From Eledone cirrhosa (lineage: Eukaryota): a DNA stretch of 64,000 nucleotides. The stretch covers positions 87,792,001 to 87,856,000 of the forward strand of contig OZ024746.1 in the NCBI GenBank assembly GCA_964016885.1, given 5' to 3'. Every line of letters starts with the position of its first letter. Within the stretch, counting starts at the first letter, position 1. A program made the position numbers and the translations under genes. Shown piece by piece: positions 59,420-64,000 of this stretch. The notes beneath the pieces are model-generated. The model was given only the letters and a program-made list of their open reading frames with translations. It had not been told where the DNA came from and searched no databases.

Positions 59420-60489
59420 AGATATTCAGGACGTATCGGAGGGTTCGTGCTGTTCCCAGCAAGCATGCCTTTTGAAGCGTTCCAAAAAGTGTGAAGGGGC
59501 CAATTTTCTTTAACCATCCCTGGAAACATTTTGTGACAGTACCTAGTGCGCCTATGACAATCTTTGACTTCATGGCAGTTCCAAATCCTTTTTACCTCCC
59601 ACTTTAAGTCCTGGTATCGGTTAATTTTCTCCCTCTCCTTCTCTTGCACTCTCGTGTCGAATAGGCAGGCCACATCCACAATCAAGCACGATCTTTTTTT
59701 TTTGTCCAAAACCACCAAGTCAGGTCTATTGAGTTCCAGTTTCTTGTCCGTCTGTATCCTAAAATCCCACAGCAGCATCACCTGATCGTTTTCTATCACC
59801 GACTCTGGCTTATGCTCATACCACTTCTCAGAATGTGGTAAATTGTTCACTTTGCATAGGTGCCAGTGGATCACCCTGCCCATCACATCATGTCTCCAGC
59901 CCTTATAGTGAGTCTGGGCTAGGTGTTTACACACGGATACAATGTGAGCCACAGTCTCCTCTCTGTCTCCACAGATCCTGCACAGTGGGCTAGCCTCCTC
60001 CTTGTAAATATGGTGTTTCAACCACTTCATTTTGAGGGCCTGCTCTTGCGCAGCCATTAATATTCCTTCTGTAGCCTTTTTAAGGTCTCTTCTTTTCAAC
60101 CAGTTCCATGTCTGTGGATCTCTGAATTCAGTTTTCTCAAAGAAGGTACTATGAAGGGATTTTTCCTGAAGGCTGCTCTTTCTCCTTGTTGTTATTTCTT
60201 CCTTGGACATCCTCTGGTCTATTGTCCTCTCCTTCAGTACAGTTCTTAGCATTGGTTCCTTACTATCAGTCACGTATTTGTGTAGGTTGTTTTTCTCCAT
60301 ATGAACACAGTCCTCTATGCTGATAAGACCTCTTCCACCTTCAGATCTCCTTAAGTAGAGTCTATCGACATCACTCCTCTTGTGGAACATGTTGTAGATA
60401 GTCAATAGCTTCCTAGTCTTCCTATCCATTTCTTTTTGTACAGCAACATTCCATCTCAGAATTCCCGAACTGTACCTAATAATAGACAC
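59420..60489 (-). pseudogene. RLE non-LTR ORF C-terminal region: CCHC knuckle + PD-(D/E)xK endonuclease
   Basis: DRLYLRRSEGGRGL; CRICGDREETVAHIVSVC; RHD; RPDLVVLD..IVDVA..EKINRYQDL. Frameshift at ~59563; the true tail IVIGALG..LQKACLLGTARTLR is in another frame. Confidence 0.93.
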
Positions 60490-60662
60490 ATATTATTTAT
60501 TTCAGCATTCAGATCACTGTATGCTTCGGATGGTTCCTCCGTTCTCTCAACCTTCATTTCCCACTGGCTCGTTTGACTGGCATACTCCACTCTCCATTTC
60601 CAAGCTAATCTCTCTGCTCAGTTCCTCCAGTTCCAGCTCGCTTATCCACCCATTAGTACTTA

Positions 60663-60977
60663 TTATCCGAGCCTGCCCGGCCAATTTTTGTCACCTAATT
60701 TAAATAGACCAATCTCGTTCCAGATGTTATGCATCCGTTTCCTATAGCCTTTCATCTTGGGGTTACTCTTCAGGTAACATTGCATAACAGTTCTATTCAA
60801 TTCTTTCGTCCAGTTCGTTCTGGTCCCTTTCCTTCTTCTTCTTCTTCCGACACCAGCAGTATTTGGTTGACAGCCAGGTCCCTGCTGCTGAGCCAGGGAG
60901 CACCTGCTGGGTGAGAGTCTGTCACATGACATTCTAGTCTCCACTTCACCGTTATTCGAACTATTTATGTTCGACAT
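60663..60977 (-). pseudogene. R4/Dong-like ORF N-terminus
   Basis: Basic patch plus WTKE.N..M.CY..S.P...GYRKRM...W motif; frameshifted near 60700. Confidence 0.85.
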
Positions 60978-61151
60978 TTAAACACTCTTATCGAGGATTG
61001 GTGAATGTATGGTTACATAACCACCGGTGATTTCATCACTCCCGGTGATTTTTGTGTGGCACTGTCACGCTGTAGACGAAGATAAACAAACCAGCAAACA
61101 GCCCCCGCCGCAAAAAAAAATATTATTATTATTATTATTATTGTTGTTATT

Positions 61152-61294
61152 CCTTGAATCTCAGTCATTGATGTTGGTTAACTGGAAAGTCCGTTGGATT
61201 GAATATCAAGCCACTACCTGCAGCCTCAGATATTCAGGACGTATCGGAGGGTTCTTGCTGTTCCAAGCAAGCATGCCTTTTGAAGCGTTCCAAA
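61152..61294 (-). mobile_element. R4/Dong-like extreme 3' end (copy C), near-identical to 59343-59485
   Basis: Direct repeat of copy B's 3' terminus, flanked by (TTA)n on both sides. Confidence 0.92.
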
Positions 61295-61341
<47 letters not shown>

Positions 61342-61344
61342 GAC

Positions 61345-61860
61345 TATTAGCTCGTCCAACATTGATTTCGCTTTGGACCGGTTATTTTAGGGAAAACCGG
61401 ACTACAACTGGTATATTAGTGTAACCTCAACGTTTACATATCATTCCTTGTCATTTCACAATGGCTGGGGATCCAGGACATCTCTCAATATTCGGGCTAT
61501 CCCAGTAATCATGACTTCTGGGGCAGTTCAATTCCTCGTGTAAAGTATGTTGTTTGCAGTTAGTTTCAAGATTATGTGTCACGATGCCAACAGCACGACT
61601 GGGACAATGGTGACTGTCTTTAATTCATTACTCCAGCATGTCTAGATATCATAATTTAATTTGGTTTAAGACGCTACTTGTCTCCGTCGTTTTCTTTCAA
61701 TTCTGGTGTCAAAAGAACATACCACATCTATGAGGTTACAGTTTACGTTTTCCTTCTCAATCAGGACAATATCTGGTCTGTGTGTTCAATGACCTGTTAT
61801 TATTTTGCAAAAAACACAAGGCATGCTAGCAACTGCTGTAAAGTCAGTGTTTCTATATAA
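61345..61860 (-). mobile_element. Old R4/Dong-like 3' fragment (copy D)
   Basis: HRPDIVLIE (~61770) and VTIVPVVLLAS (~61600); 3' end at (TTA)n. Confidence 0.65.
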
Positions 61861-62522
61861 ATGTGCTTCATTAGAAATGTCTTTTAAAATGTCTTATTAT
61901 CCCCAAATATTTTGAACTGTACAAGAAAAATTTCTAATAGTATATCTGTCCATCTTAACCATTCATCATTGCAATCATAACAACAAAGATTTTCCGACTT
62001 AGAGTGAAACGTTTATTGAATAAAATGTGGATGATAGTCCAAATTATTCAAGCTTTACTTCCTCCCTCCACATTCCTCTCATTCTACTCCACATCACTAT
62101 TGTTGCCTTCTTTCTCCTACGCCCACTTCTCCTCCGCCTCATCATCATTATTATAATTTCCATCCATATCATTCGTATTATTACGAATCGTTGTTGATAG
62201 TTAATTATATATTTTTTTTAGTTATATTATTTTTTCTTCGTATCCTGTAGTCACGTCTGTGTTGTAGGAGAAAATTAGCTTCACTTACTTTCACAGAGAA
62301 ATATTATTAGGAAATAAAAAATAAAGAAAAATTTGGCCAATTTTATTTCCCCCAATCACTATACGACTTGTTTTGTTTTTTTTATTTATTTTTGTTAGAA
62401 TTTCTCTTTGTTATTACTTTTCTGGTTCTTTTCGTTTTTTTTTTCAATTCCGATAATGGAAACCTATCCCCTTAATAGCTACTCATTATATGTTTAAGCC
62501 ATTGATATGCAATATAAGTCTT

Positions 62523-62524
<2 letters not shown>

Positions 62525-62593
<69 letters not shown>

Positions 62594-62601
62594 ACATGTA
62601 C

Positions 62602-62670
<69 letters not shown>

Positions 62671-63058
62671 GATATATGTATATATGTATATGTAGATATA
62701 TGTATATATATATGTAGATATATGTATATATATGTAGATATATGTAGATATATGTATATATATATATGTAGATATATGTATATATATATATATGTAGATA
62801 TATGTAGATATATATATGTAGATATATGTAGATATATATATGTAGATATATGTAGATATATATATATGTAGATATATATATGTATGTATATATAAGTATA
62901 TATATATATATGTAGATATATGTATATATATATATATATACATATGTAAATATATATATATATATATATGTAGATATAGATATATATATATATGTAGATA
63001 TATATATAATGTATATAATGTACATATATATATATAATGTAAATATATATATATGTAG

Positions 63059-63118
<60 letters not shown>
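62525..63118. repeat. (TA)n array containing a GTAGATATAT-type minisatellite
   Basis: Seen directly. Confidence 0.97.
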
Positions 63119-63121
<3 letters not shown>

Positions 63122-64000
63122 TTTTATGAAGTAACCTCTTAAATTACCCTTGTCTTCATGTCATATTTCACTAACTATAAAAGCAATTGCAGTCGCAGTG
63201 ATATTCCATAAAGAGAAAATGAAAATTTTATGAAGACAATTTTGGAAATAATTGGGGAATTTTTTTGGTGTTGCGTATTTACTTTTTTTATCAGATGAAT
63301 ATTTGATTGCATCATTTCATAGGAAGAAAGAGACATAAATAGATTTCGAATAAGTGATGGCACGTGTAAGTATGTGCATATGCGAACTCGAATAGAGAAA
63401 TACATTTACCTAAACTAAAGTAGATGCATTTATATATATGTTTCTCGGTGTATTACGTGATTATATGCATATTTGATATTAATTTTAGTTTGTTTTGCTT
63501 CTCCTATAAAACGATATGTTGAAGACAAAAATATTCATGCGTTGCAGCATTTCGATATTTCAAATTTAGTCACTGTCAGATTCTGAATATATATGGTGTC
63601 GGCCGATAGTACTAAGTGCTATGTACGTATATTCATGTATTTGATGCGAATGACGATGTATCTATTTTGCGAATAACAGCTTTGTACCTTATTATATTGT
63701 ATCATCTTTGTGAGTTTCAGTTGCTCTGAAAATTCGTGAATCTAAGGAATTATATGTAAGTGTTACACAGTATTCGTATATGGGAAAAAAGATACAATTC
63801 TAATGAGCCAAGTAAAATATGTTGTTATAATTTATTGTAGAATAAATTCAATAACTCACAAAGACGTTATAAATGACAGTATCATCACATAAGATTGTTT
63901 CGTAGAGTAAGGTTAAACCTTGCGTTCACTTTAAACTTGCTACTATGGTTTTGGTTGTGGGTTGCATTCATAAAGTCATGCAAACAGTGATATATTAGTA

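Larger units (their letters stand above)
59341..61120 (-). mobile_element. R4/Dong-like LINE (copy B): 5' UTR + N-terminus joined to thumb/CCHC/RLE, RT core missing
   Basis: N-terminal RTNWTKELNRTVMQCYLKSNP..GYRKRMHNIW..NGWISELELEEL joins at ~60490-60500 directly to SIIRYSSG. Confidence 0.9.

Overview
AT-rich eukaryotic (animal) non-coding DNA, probably from an octopod cephalopod. That assignment is inferred from recalled SINE motifs, not from a search. No host protein-coding gene is supportable, and nearly all listed ORFs are translations of (TA)n, (CA)n, (TTC)n or (TTA)n microsatellites. The window is a mosaic of microsatellite arrays and transposon relics: several R4/Dong-like RLE LINEs, mostly abutting (TAA)n/(TTC)n; RTE-clade LINE ends; a bipartite non-autonomous RTE; a mariner pseudogene; tRNA-derived SINEs; a candidate solo LTR; and decayed Penelope-like (PLE) ORFs. 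The main unexpected signal is that many short unique islands between the (TA)n tracts carry type-I hammerhead ribozyme (HHR) motifs. There are about a dozen, intact to decayed, in about nine unrelated sequence families, including U3-A8 core variants and palindromic stem III. They lie in tandem, tail-to-tail and fold-back arrangements, consistent with a diverse set of (TA)n-associated, non-coding, ribozyme-bearing mini-PLE/retrozyme elements. All folding was done by eye.
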